From Octopus bimaculoides (taxonomy: Eukaryota): a stretch of 33,757 bases of DNA. The stretch covers positions 159,073,996-159,107,752 of the forward strand of contig NC_068982.1 of the NCBI RefSeq assembly GCF_001194135.2. Direction: 5' to 3'. The notes below the pieces were generated by a model that was given only the letters and a program-made list of their open reading frames with translations, had not been told where the DNA came from and made no database searches. How positions within the stretch are numbered: position 1 is the first letter of the stretch; the number at the start of each line of letters is the position of its first letter. Position numbers and translations under genes: made by a program. Below, one piece after another: positions 1-12,071 of this stretch.

Positions 1-769
1 ATGTCTATGATTCTCTTTTATGATTGCTCTATGTATAGCTGGTTGTGTGTAAGTGCAAAGTGACTAACTAACAAACAACGAAAGAAAAAGTATGTGCAAC
101 AGAGGTATAAATCATCCAGAAAATAAATTGTAAGATAAAAAAAAAAGTATGTATTCCAGCAATTAAAAAAAAAAATCGACAGAACTATACGAACGGAAAA
201 GGAAGACAAGCGTGGTAAAAACAGCATATTAACATTAAATTACACACGCACACACTCATATATCAGTACACAAATATTTTATTCATATATATGTATGTTT
301 GCATGTAAATATATTTACACACATATATATACATATACATACGAAAAGATATACATACGAATACAGCTATATAACATTCACACAAATATCTATGTCTAAA
401 TGTGCTAGCTTACACATATATATTTCTATTTCGGCTGTATATATTTGATCTTTGTTTCTTCATGTGTATCTTCACATCAGTAAATATTTTTCTTGTATCT
501 CAGTGTTTCTGTACTTATAAATCATATTAAGAAAATAAGGTTCAAATGTGAAAAAGAAATATGAAAGAAAACAGAAAACTATTAGAAAGAATCATACTGA
601 AAGAAACCAAAACAATGACGTGATAGTATTTTTGGAACGTTTGAAAAGATGAAAATAAATACAAGAAATAAAATGGCTTTGTATTGTAGATGAAAACGGC
701 TACGCTTCAACGAAAAAATACAGTAATCTTTTATACATAATCATACACATTTTCGGTTCAGTTATATAT

Positions 770-864
770 ATGTAAATATGTATATGCATATGTATATGCA
801 TATTTATATATATATATGAATACATATATGTAAGTACGTATATATATATTTGTGTATATGTATG

Positions 865-919
<55 letters not shown>
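770..919. repeat. (TA)n/(TATG)n microsatellite running into a gap
   Basis: Direct reading; pure (TA)n from ~882 abuts Ns at 920. Confidence 0.95.
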
Positions 920-1157
920 NNNNNNNNNNNNNNNNNNNNNNNNNNNNNNNNNNNNNNNNNNNNNNNNNNNNNNNNNNNNNNNNNNNNNNNNNNNNNNNNN
1001 NNNNNNNNNNNNNNNNNNNNNNNNNNNNNNNNNNNNNNNNNNNNNNNNNNNNNNNNNNNNNNNNNNNNNNNNNNNNNNNNNNNNNNNNNNNNNNNNNNNN
1101 NNNNNNNNNNNNNNNNNNNNNNNNNNNNNNNNNNNNNNNNNNNNNNNNNNNNNNNNN
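920..1157. other. Assembly gap (N). Other gaps: 4430-5017, 7519-7528, 14510-14519, 16551-16700, 17621-17961, 18919-19094, 25597-26046, 29221-29594, 32482-32843
   Basis: Runs of N. Most large gaps are bordered by microsatellites, as expected for short-read scaffolding. Confidence 0.99.
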
Positions 1158-1983
1158 ACTTATGGAACCCTGAAGTTTCACGATCGGCCGTATTTTTAAT
1201 CAATACAATGGAATGATGGAACGAACTAGCGGAAAAATGATTTAAACATCTACAGTATGAACCCCAGCATGATTTCGATGAACAATCGATAGTCAGATAA
1301 TTTGTATACTGTATATTATGTTTTCCATTCCAATTGAACACTAGTTACCTTTTACTATTATTGAAGTAACACGTATTTCTAATTAGTATTTTTATCGGCT
1401 CCAGAGATTTGCAAAAGAAACCTAAAATCGGAGAATGACATTAAGTGAACAAAGAATATAAAGCGACCTAATTAAAAATAGCTGGTCATTTAGTTAACCG
1501 AATTGCCCTTGATAACTATTCTTGTCTCTGATAAAGCAAATAGTTTTTCCTGTTCGACTGAGAGTAAAAACGATGTTAAAAAAAGCGGAAATATGTTTTT
1601 GCAGCATTCTCACAAATGTCGCGTGACCTATGAATTTGTTTTGAATAGAAATTCCTCAGTTTGAAGAGTACTGGCTTAAAAGAATAATCACTGGGTACTG
1701 TCACAGTAACTACTTGCACATTAAAGACATTTCATCATACAGAATGGACATTCCCTTCATACAAAATTAATAGCACTGTAACGGCTTCCCAACGGTCACT
1801 TTCTAAAACATTATATCATTTCAACTACTAATTTAATGGAAAATAAATACTTATAAGTAATAAATACTTATAGCATATACATATATGTGTGTGTGTGTGT
1901 ATACATATATTCATATGTATATGCATACATACTTACATACATGCATACACTCATACATACCACACACATATGCGTAATTACAT

Positions 1984-2160
1984 ACTTACATACTGTTATG
2001 TCTCAACGCTACTGCTATCTAGTACTTTCGGATGGTCTCTACTCAACCGCTATACAAGTGCTACTCGACTGCTACTCAACACACCTACCACGGCCAGACT
2101 ACCTTTATTTATATGCCATGGGAGACCCTACTTCTTCGCCTGGGAGCGTCGACACAACAC
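1984..2160 (-). promoter_or_regulatory. Candidate TATA core promoter plus non-coding first exon (alternative reading: terminal exon)
   Basis: Minus strand: TATAAATA at 2113-2106, a GC-richer non-repetitive tract, then GTAAGT at 1989-1984. The donor lies in degenerate TACA repeats, which weakens the call. Confidence 0.2.
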
Positions 2161-3924
2161 AAACATACATATAGGGAAATGGTGAAAAAGAGAAACAAAT
2201 GAAGATATTTATTTTCCAATGTTACCACTCTTCTGGAAAATGGAATACTGTGATTTGCGTTTCAGCTGGTTGCCATTTCTGTAGATAGATTCATCATAAA
2301 GACATATCTTCCATTGATGGATTTCATTTATTTGTAACGTATAGTCACTTCTTCTTAAACTCGTCGTGTTAGTGCTGATATTTATGCTTTAGCCTTCTTC
2401 TGAGACGGAAACATTCTTTCCTCGTTCAATTTCCAAATCCAATAAAGTCAGCATTTCTAGTAGATGTGGTAAAACTTATGCGATGTCAGATATGTGACCT
2501 CTAACTCTGTTCTTCCTGGAAAATTAAAGAGTTCATTGCCATTGTTTTGGTATACTCGTGTATGTAACTTACATTGTCAGGTATTTTGCATTTTGTTATC
2601 ACGCTGGCGAAACACACCTGGACATTCAGACAATTTGATTACAAAAATCGATATCCTCGAAGCCGTCTTGAAATATACTGATATACAACTGTTCACAGTA
2701 ATTTGCTGAGTGAGTTTAGAGCATTTATTTACAGTGATCAGCTTTAGAAATATATAATATCTAATCATTGCTAGAATAATGGATCTCGTGTAGCAATTTA
2801 TAGCAAGGATTTTTTTTCACGTGTTTGTGAAAATATATGTAATACTATGGCTTCAACAAGAAAAGAGATATGCCGGAGTTGGTTTGATTGTCATATTGTA
2901 GTAGGATAGTTATTTGCACGGGCAAATAACTATCCTGAAATATAGTTAATTAAGCCATGATATTCACATCTTATTTTCCTATTAATCTACACCAGAATGT
3001 TTGTTTTATCAAGCATGCCCTCTGTTAAGCAATGTAAAATCAAGTTCAAGAGAGAATTTGCTGAATTTTTAAGAAGTGAAGCCAAACAGTAATGACCTCC
3101 TTGGATGCATAACTTAGTACAACACAATAACAATTTTATTTGAGAAATATATAGTTATTCGATATTAAATTAAAATAGATATCTACAACTCAAATAGCAT
3201 TCTGTGTATTTAACATATATGCCATTATATTCTTAATGTAACAAGTAAAGCTATTGTAATTCATCTTATCCATCCGATGGAAATTACCTTCAAGTAATTT
3301 TGTGGGCTAGTAATCATATATTCTCTTAGGATATATTTGTATAATTGAAAACCTACAATACAGGCACTAATTAAATTCCAAGAGTGTGGAGAATTAGAAA
3401 GTCCAAACGTTTTCTATTTTGACGGCCTGAATATTTTAAACTATCTTAAAGATAGTTTGAAGAAGATGAAACATATACTAATTATATTGGCAATTTAAAA
3501 CTGGATTAATTATTTCGTAATTTATAAATTAGAAGCCAGACGACGCTAATCTAATTGGTGGAATTATGGCGTTTTGTGTAGGCTATTGTTTTGCAAATGA
3601 GTTATAAGAAAAGCGACGATTACATAGTAAATAATATTCTGAATAGTATCTAAAATTAAGTGGTCTTTGATTGATTATTTTTTTGTCATGAGGCAAAAAT
3701 CAATGATTAAAAATCTCTGTAGAATCGAATTGCTTAAGACTATCGACCAATGAATGAAATTTTAAACTTAAAAGGCAAATTGAATGGTATCAATTGTTAA
3801 GGTCACTTAATTGTACACTGTAGAAGCTATAAACACGGGGGAAAGGGATGTGATGGAGGATTCTAAGAAGAAGGAAATAACAGAACAAGGAAGCACACAG
3901 AGATGCGAACAGGGAAAGCCTAGT

Positions 3925-4095
3925 GTGAATGGGAGAGAGAGAAACAGAAAGCGAGAGAAACAGAAAGAGAGAGACAAATAGAGAGGGAGAGAGACAAATA
4001 GAGAGAGTGAGAGAGAGAAAAATAGAGAGTGCCAAATAGAGAGTGAGAGAGAGAGAGCCAAATAGAGAGTGAGAGAGAAAGCGGAGATAGAAAAC
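3925..4095. repeat. (GA)n-rich compound satellite with recurring CAAATA spacers
   Basis: GAGAGACAAATAGAGAG-type units recur about 5 times. Confidence 0.9.
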
Positions 4096-4396
4096 AAAAG
4101 GTATTGATACAAAACTTAGGCATGGTTAACTGGTTGATGTAATTGAACGACTCTTGAAAAGAAAATTAGCAAATACCTTTAATACAACAGACAAGCTCAC
4201 TTGATGTGTGAAGGAAAGGACTAGGTTATTCCATAAATTAATGATTATCACATATAATACTGTCACTACAAATTTAATCCTTCCTTTTAGCACTTTATTT
4301 GATAATCTATTATTGATTTCCTCGCCCAATTATAAAATTATCTCTATTTCATTGTAAAAATCTTGCATGGGTTAATTAAACAATTTCTTAAGAACA

Positions 4397-4429
<33 letters not shown>

Positions 4430-5591
4430 NNNNNNNNNNNNNNNNNNNNNNNNNNNNNNNNNNNNNNNNNNNNNNNNNNNNNNNNNNNNNNNNNNNNNNN
4501 NNNNNNNNNNNNNNNNNNNNNNNNNNNNNNNNNNNNNNNNNNNNNNNNNNNNNNNNNNNNNNNNNNNNNNNNNNNNNNNNNNNNNNNNNNNNNNNNNNNN
4601 NNNNNNNNNNNNNNNNNNNNNNNNNNNNNNNNNNNNNNNNNNNNNNNNNNNNNNNNNNNNNNNNNNNNNNNNNNNNNNNNNNNNNNNNNNNNNNNNNNNN
4701 NNNNNNNNNNNNNNNNNNNNNNNNNNNNNNNNNNNNNNNNNNNNNNNNNNNNNNNNNNNNNNNNNNNNNNNNNNNNNNNNNNNNNNNNNNNNNNNNNNNN
4801 NNNNNNNNNNNNNNNNNNNNNNNNNNNNNNNNNNNNNNNNNNNNNNNNNNNNNNNNNNNNNNNNNNNNNNNNNNNNNNNNNNNNNNNNNNNNNNNNNNNN
4901 NNNNNNNNNNNNNNNNNNNNNNNNNNNNNNNNNNNNNNNNNNNNNNNNNNNNNNNNNNNNNNNNNNNNNNNNNNNNNNNNNNNNNNNNNNNNNNNNNNNN
5001 NNNNNNNNNNNNNNNNNTATATATGCATATATACATAAATACATAAAATACATACACAAACATATATATCACACACAAGTAAATAAATTTCTCATAACTA
5101 ATTAGCTAAACTAAAATCAATATTACAAAAACACAGCCACGATTTTTGGGGAGACCTTTAAAAAGCATAAAACGTTTACATAGGAACGTTTATGACTTTG
5201 TATTCATAATTGGAAAGATCGATCTATTCAGTTAAATTTCACATTTTGAGGTTTAATTAAGAAGAAGGGTGGCGTCCATTAACTTTTCAGGGTCTCTATC
5301 TTGAGCATTCTATGGATTAGATTCAGTTTGAAGATCCGTTCTTCAGTGACTGTAGGAAAACATGCACGATAAGACAAGCTTAAAAGTTTTATATTATGTG
5401 CATTAAAAACTGTGGACACGATTAGGGTGTGTCCCTGATTGTGATACTGTATATTTCACACGAAGATTAGAGACGAGTCGATTATTAGGTTTCCGTGCAA
5501 GTGGTGTGTTTCTATAATGTTTATATGTCATTGTAGACAATGACGACGCAGAGTTGCTGTGGATCAGAATACATCGTGTGTTGATTGTTAC

Positions 5592-5735
5592 GAATATTAG
5601 CAAGCTAGACAAAATGCTTAGTGGCATTTCATCCGTCTATACGTTCTGAGTAAAATGACGCCGAGGAAGACATTGCCTTTCATCATTTCCGTGTCGATAA
5701 ATCATTTATCAATGTATACTGAAAGTGTTGGGGTG
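5592..5735 (+). mobile_element. Degenerate tRNA-derived SINE (family A, 5' part)
   Basis: GACAAAATGCTTAG...TCCGTCTATACGTTCTGAG...GCCTTTCATC..TCGATAAA. Homologous pieces occur at 12072-12318 and, reversed, at 30755-30840. Confidence 0.75.
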
Positions 5736-5820
5736 ACATCCTGACACCGTTGTAGGATAGCAAGTCAACTGTCCTAAACCGTATAAAGGCGCATGCGTAC
5801 TGCCAGCGATTGACAGTTTA
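5732..5820 (+). promoter_or_regulatory. Candidate core promoter: dyad GGTGACATCCTGACACC, TATAAAG (5782), GCGCATGCG (5789-5797), Inr-like ACAGTT (~5813-5818)
   Basis: Motifs read directly; the first 60 bp are duplicated at 6449-6508 (50/60 identity). Function is inferred. Confidence 0.3.
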
Positions 5821-6448
5821 GTGTGTACAGGCGCTTTTTGAGGACAGTCTTAGAAGTCGTTGTGAATAGATATTGTGTTACGTGTTCTTTGTTACTTATA
5901 TTTAGATTGTTATAACCTTGGTATAAGTCCACGTTGTAAGGTGGCATATATAGTGTGTTCAAAGAAAGGCATAACAGTGACGACAAAGATGAGATGAAAT
6001 ACTTTAAAATTGGTGACAAATATATATATTTTTTTTTTTTTTACTATACAGAAATGGAAAGAATAGTTGAGAAGAAGGTATAATAAGTAAACGTTTAGCA
6101 AAAATAACATAGATGGTAAACGATTCTACTGGGAACACAACATACACCTAAAACAACAGAAAAACACAGTTTACGGAAGAGATTATGCGACATGAAGAGC
6201 CAATGCAATTTCTGTATGATATTTTTGACGCCCCGATACGAAAAGGAATAATCGAATCAACGAGTACAGTGACTAGGAAAAGAAAGCAAAGACAACGTTT
6301 GTGAGTAGACTGAAAACGAATAAAATATACCAATTTCTTCCCGGGGATTTGAAAAACAAAAGGGAGTGAGAGGTGGTATTAAAGAAAATAAAAGAAAGAA
6401 AAATATTGACTTCCAACGAAATTCAAACTCAAAAAGGGTAGATCATCT

Positions 6449-6508
6449 GGTGAAATCCTGACACCTATTTAACATAACAATTCAAGTGTACTAAACCGTA
6501 TAAAGGCG
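6449..6508 (+). repeat. Second copy of the 60-bp dyad+TATA module
   Basis: Ungapped alignment to 5732-5791 with 10 mismatches, 9 of them in positions 18-42. Confidence 0.9.
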
Positions 6509-6544
6509 TACATTATTTACATTTTACGGATATTTGTCCTAGTT

Positions 6545-8672
6545 GCAAGGAAAGCAAAGATGGTCAGATACGACGAAAGAATGAAGGGTTAATACCAGAG
6601 TAGGTTATTCAGAGTACAACAGAAAAGATTCTATAAAGATATAAAACGGAGAGTGTACAGATCAAAAGTTCATACAAGATAACATTGAAAGTCAAATGTT
6701 TTGAAGTGACATCTGGAGCAAAGACAAGCAGCCCAAGAAGGATGCGGAATGGTTGCAAGAATTGAAACAAATAGTAGTTTGTCCAAAACAGGCGGTATTC
6801 GTCATTTCAGTTAGGGAAGTGAAAGAAATCAGAAAAAAAAACTCAACTCGAAGGCCCCGGCACCAGATGAAATTCAAGGTTACTGGATCAAAAGATTTGC
6901 TGAATGTCATGCACGAAGAGCTGCGCAACGCAATACCTTGTTAAATGCCGACCAAGAAACACCAGGGTGGTTGACATTGGGTAGAACAGTGCTGTGCCTG
7001 TAAAACATCGAAAAAGGCAAAACGGCAGATAATTACAGGCTGATATCCTGTTTGCCATTTACGTGGAAGTTATTGACTGGAATACTAGCAGAGTCAACGT
7101 ACCAACAACTAGAAAAAAATGAAGTCCTGCCACATGCGCAGAAGGTTGCAAGCGTAAGTGCAGAGGTACCAAGCATCAACTCCTGATAAATATAACTGTA
7201 CTCAGAGAGTGCAAGAGGAGGAAAACTTAGCCATGACATGGATTGACTATCGTAAGGCGTACCATATGATTCCACATTCTTGGATTATGGAGTGTATGAA
7301 CCTGTTTGGGATTGCATCGGATGTTGAGCGATTGCTTGGAAAATGTATGGCCAATTGGAGAACGGACCTGGCAGCATACGAAAGAAGTTTAGGGACAATA
7401 AAAGTTAGGAGGGAGCTTTGCAAGGAGACTGACTGTCCCCACGGATCTTTGTACTGTGCTTGATACCACTGACACTGATTCTGAGGAAAGCAAAACCTGG
7501 GAATGTATTCAAAAGCCGNNNNNNNNNNCGGATCTTTGTACTGTGCTTGATACCACTGACACTGATTCTGAGGAAAGCAAAACCTGGGAATGTATTCAAA
7601 AGCCGCCAAGAAAAAGTCAACCATTTGTTATTCATGGATGACCTCAATCTTTATGGTAAAGATGAAGCCGAAGTCAGTTCCCTCGTTGATACGGTGTATA
7701 CCATCAGTGCTGATATCAGAATGGAGTTCGGACTGAGAAAGTGTGGTGTGGTGTGTTAGTATTGAAGAGATGCAAAGTCAAATGTATGGACGGACTAACG
7801 ATAGCGTCGGGTGAGGTTATGAAGTAGATAGAGACGGGCTATAAGTACTTGGGGATTTTGGAAATGGAGAAATTGATGGAGAAAGAAATGACAGAAAAAA
7901 TTAACGTGGAACACTTGCGCAGACTGAGATTGATACTTTAAGTCGAAATTAAACGGATGCAATAAGATCGAAGCTACCAACACGTGGGTGGTTTCACTCC
8001 TTAGATATGGAGCAGGGGTAATCGCATGGACAAATACGAACTAAACAGCTTAGACATAATGTCAAGGAAGTTGCTAACTAGATATTGGTCACTCCACCCA
8101 AAAAGTGACACAGGCAGACTGTGTGTATCAAGAAAGAGAGGGAGAAGAGTACTTATTGGATGCGAATGCAGTATTAGAGCAGAAGAAAACAACATAGCAT
8201 GATATGTAAAAAAAAAAAGGCCACAGAACCGCTAGAAGTGATTTAAAACCGGACACGGAAGCTCTAATCTGTGCTGCCCAAGAGCAAGCACTAAGAACAA
8301 AAAACATAAAATACAGAATAGATAGAATATCAGAAAGTGATAAGTGCAGAATCTGTGGACAAAACGGTGAAACCGTAAGGCATATCACCAGCCAATGTAC
8401 GCCACTAGCCCAGAAGGAATATAAGAGGCGTCCCGACAATATAGCCAGGCTTGTCCATTGGTAACTTTGGACACTTTGTCCATTGGACACAAGTATGGAC
8501 TTGACAGAGCACAAACCTGAAGACAGTCTCGAAAATAATAATGTAAAGATCCTATGAGATTTTATGATTCAGTGCGACCATAAGCTAGAGAATTAGAATC
8601 CAGACATAGTGTTGATTGAGAAAGACAACAAACTATGCTGGATCATGCCCAGCTGACAAACAGGTGTGTGAA
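6545..8672 (+). mobile_element. Degenerate RLE-type non-LTR retrotransposon, R4/Dong clade-like, truncated at both ends
   Basis: Frameshifted translation gives KAPAPDEIQGYWIKRF (~6850), DNYRLISCLPFTWKLLTG (~7030), RT motif WIDYRKAYHMIPHSW (~7240), LLFMDDL (7631-7642), YKYLGILE (~7840), TEALICAAQEQAL (~8258), a CX2CX8HX4C knuckle CRICGQNGETVRHITSQC (8345-8398), KRRPDNIARLVHW (the RHD motif) and the PD nuclease motif PDIVLIEK (8600). Multiple stops and indels. Confidence 0.92.
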
Positions 8673-9295
8673 TGGATAGGTTTATCAGTGTGTGTATGTA
8701 GATAGAAAGTTAGTAGTAAGTCAGAGACAGTGGGGTTTGAAGAGGGTATAAAAATGGGTGGCTGTGACTGTGTGAATGGGTGAGTGTTTGGTTGTGTGTG
8801 TATGTGTTGACATGTGCGCGTAGATGGTTGGGGAATATGTACATGAGTGTGTACACGTGTATGGGTGCGTGTGTGTGTGTCTTTCTCTCTCACTTTGTAT
8901 CTCTCCCTCTCGCTGTATACATATGTGTGCGTGTGTCCGTTTGTTCGTGTGGGATGTGTGTCGGTGGGATGTTTGTGGGTGATGTGTGGAGGGAATCTGC
9001 GTGTGAGTGTGTTGAAGTGTATGTATGAGCGTTTAAATATGTGAATGTGCGTGTGTTGTGTGTGTTGTGAGTGCGGAGGTATATGTGCGTTCATGTGTAA
9101 GTGTGTACGTGCATGTGTGTATTTGTGCGTGTGTGTGTTTGTGTGTGTGCGTGCGTGTGTGTGCTTGTGTGTGTGTGTGCGCGAGCATGTTTGTATGTGT
9201 GTCCGTGCAAGCATGTGTATGTGCGTTCACACATGTTTATGGTTGCATGTATATGTCTCTCTCTCTCTGTCACACACACACACACTTTCTCTCTT

Positions 9296-9352
<57 letters not shown>
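8673..9352. repeat. GT-rich degenerate satellite followed by (CA)n/(CT)n
   Basis: Direct reading; this tract explains the ORF-track entries at 8633-9414. Confidence 0.9.
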
Positions 9353-10134
9353 ATGGCTTTATAAATACAATCATACATAGATACATACACCTAGAATGCA
9401 AACAATATTTTTAAAATATATGAATCATAAGCCATTTAAGTGCTCATTGAATTGAAACCATTCAAAATATCTTATCACCATGAATCACACTACCAATTTC
9501 AGACAAGGAGTATTCTTCGAGTAATGTGATAGGATATATTCTCATTTTACCTACATGGAATTTCTCTTCAATATGAATTTATACATGCTGGAGTGTTTAC
9601 ATTCATAAAATATCGATATATGTGAAATATGATAGACTATTGTTAATTTCCAAATGATAATGAAGCTGAAGACGACAGCTGGTAATATGATGTTGCTGAT
9701 GATGTTTAATCCTAGGTCGCACATATGACGAAATATGCTTCTATCGTATCCATGCGTTGTTCTTGTTAAGAGACATTGAATCCAAGACTGTACTATACAG
9801 CATCTCGTATCCAATACGAAGTTTAGGCTTAGGAAGATTTAGCTGTTATTTTTCTAGCGAGAACAGAGTCCAGCTCACAACTATATTGAATATTATTTTA
9901 TTGCTGCATGTATATTTGGAAAGCTTAAACAGAGAAATGTCTTAAATTGAATGATCGAGTCGACAATTTTGGGTCGAAAGTATAACTGAGAAAGGAAATA
10001 TCGTATATTGACGACATATTAATTGAAGTAAGTATCATATCTATTTATCTGAGAAAAGGGATACTTGTGGACGGTGCACTTGCAGTAAATTAGTGACACA
10101 GAAATGCTGTTTTATCTTTATATATATATACATA

Positions 10135-11322
10135 CAGGGTGCGTAATGTATTTGAGGACATACATTTTTGGGGATCATTTTAGTAATTTTTGCTAACACT
10201 TTATAATCTTTAGTTCAGAAAATAATAATGGTAGACCCTCAGCTTACTCAAAAAATGAAGAGGCATGCTGTTATTGTGGTTATAAATGCTGAGCATAGTG
10301 ATTTAGAAATATCTCGATTTCTTTTTAAGTTGCCAGATCTTTCGCCTATAAAGTTTATTAGTAGCAAGGAACTGAAGATGGAAACGTATCGACAGCATGA
10401 AAGCATAAAAAAAACATTCTAAGAGCTCTGACATCATCAAGACACCTGAATTTATCCAGCACGTTCAACAGACCAGTGATTACAATCACAGAAATTCCAT
10501 GAGGTCAATTGCAAAAGATCACCATCTGTCAGAAGGAACAATCAGAAATGCTGTCAACGAATACATCAGATATAAGTCTTATATGATGCGAAAAGGTAAA
10601 TTTGTCTGAAAAAGCAAAAGAAAATAATTACAACAGATTTAAATGGCTCTTAAACAAACTAAAATATCCAGTAGAAGAAGATTTGATTTGTTTTTTTCTG
10701 AAACGAAAAAACCGTCGACCAAGATCAAGAAGTTAACAGAAGACATGACATGGTTATGAGCAGACCCTTCTGAAGTTCCAAGTGTTATGCATACACAATT
10801 TCCTGCAAGTCTCATAGTTTTAGCGATTGTCAGCAATGAACGACATATGGTGTCTCATTACTTCTTTCCACAAGGCCATAAAGTTAACTCTGCCGCTTAC
10901 ATTGAGGTCCTGGAAATAATTGTTAAACCCTCGATAAACAGTGTAAGATGGATGGCTGAAAATGTTCATGATCATATAACCACTACCATTTGGCCCCTTA
11001 ATTCCTCAGATCTCAATCCATTGGACTATTACATGTAGGGCGTTGTTGAGAGAGAGGTCAACGAACGCGCCCGTAACACGGAAGAATCTATGAAAGCTAC
11101 AATAGTCAGAGTAATGTCCAAAATGAACCAGGACTACTTGATTCGAGCATGTAGATCTCATATAGAAGCAGTTACTGAAGGAGAAGATGGCTTTATTGAA
11201 TAACATTATAAAAGACAAGGTTTAATTTTATCCTTATAGAATTTTCTGATTACTAAAATTATTATCTGTTATTATATATCCGTTTTATTTATAAACATGA
11301 ACCTATCCTCAAATATCTTACC

Positions 11323-11325
<3 letters not shown>
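10135..11325 (+). mobile_element. Tc1/mariner DNA transposon, maT (DD37D)-like, defective, both TIRs present
   Basis: TA|CAGGGT..TATTTGAGGA at the left end and TCCTCAAATA..ACCCTG|TA at the right end. Transposase relics: MVDPQLTQKMKRHAVIV (10228), MHTQFPASLIVLAIVSNE..FFPQG.KVNSAAYIEVLE and WPLNSSDLNPLDYY (~10991-11032). The FQQD segment is missing, so family spacing is inferred from motif context. Confidence 0.92.
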
Positions 11326-11359
<34 letters not shown>

Positions 11360-11420
11360 CATGTATGTATGTATCTATGTACGTATGTATTTATGTATGT
11401 ATACCTACATACTTGTATAC
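11326..11420. repeat. (TA)n/(TATG)n microsatellite continuing from the right TA target duplication
   Basis: Direct reading. Confidence 0.9.
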
Positions 11421-12071
11421 ATAATGAAGTGTAGTTTTATTACAGATACTAATAAAGTTGGCATTATATCTGCAATATAAAAACAAAGAAATCTACTTAA
11501 ATTTGGCGTTTCAACATTTACTTAAAATATCTTCGTTTTCTTTTTCTATATATACTTGTCATTAATACGATTTCCAAGAGAAGACAAAGGAGAAAATTGA
11601 TATATGTAAATTGATATAATAGGTAATTTGGTTCCGTTTGCAATATACTATACTTAATTTAGCAGATAATTATATTTTTAGAACAGTAATACTGTTTTGA
11701 AAAAATGAGGTTTCATTTCAATCGGCTGCCTTCTAAGATATCTCAAGTCTTTATTTTGTTATCATTTCTATCTGTGAACACATTCTAAAACAAAGTTACA
11801 CGATTCAACGTATTATTGCAGTTCTCCACATCTTCCCTAATAGGAATTTTCTATTTATTAAATGTTAATCAAACCAGGACATTCCGTTCGTATATATATT
11901 TCTCTATATATTGTACATATACCAATGCATTCTCCAGAATGTCCAACTCTTAAAAAAATGGTGAGATATGAAGGAGATTCTCAGCTATGTCTAGCAAGTG
12001 AAATGACCGCGTAGAGCCTCTGCATTAAATGGAATGGAATAATAATTGAATAAGGTTTTGATATTGATATC

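Noticed and set aside
6405-6455. Possible reversed SINE head fragment
   Set aside because: Similarity is too short and degenerate to call as a feature.
7442-7605. 77-bp tandem duplication in the RT region (7442-7518 = 7529-7605)
   Set aside because: Identical copies either side of a 10-N gap indicate unmerged overlapping contig ends, not biology.
9551-9814. Minus-strand ORF with a TM-like stretch (GLNIISNIILPAVVFSFIIIW)
   Set aside because: No family motif or clear exon boundaries; hydrophobic runs are common in AT-rich frames.
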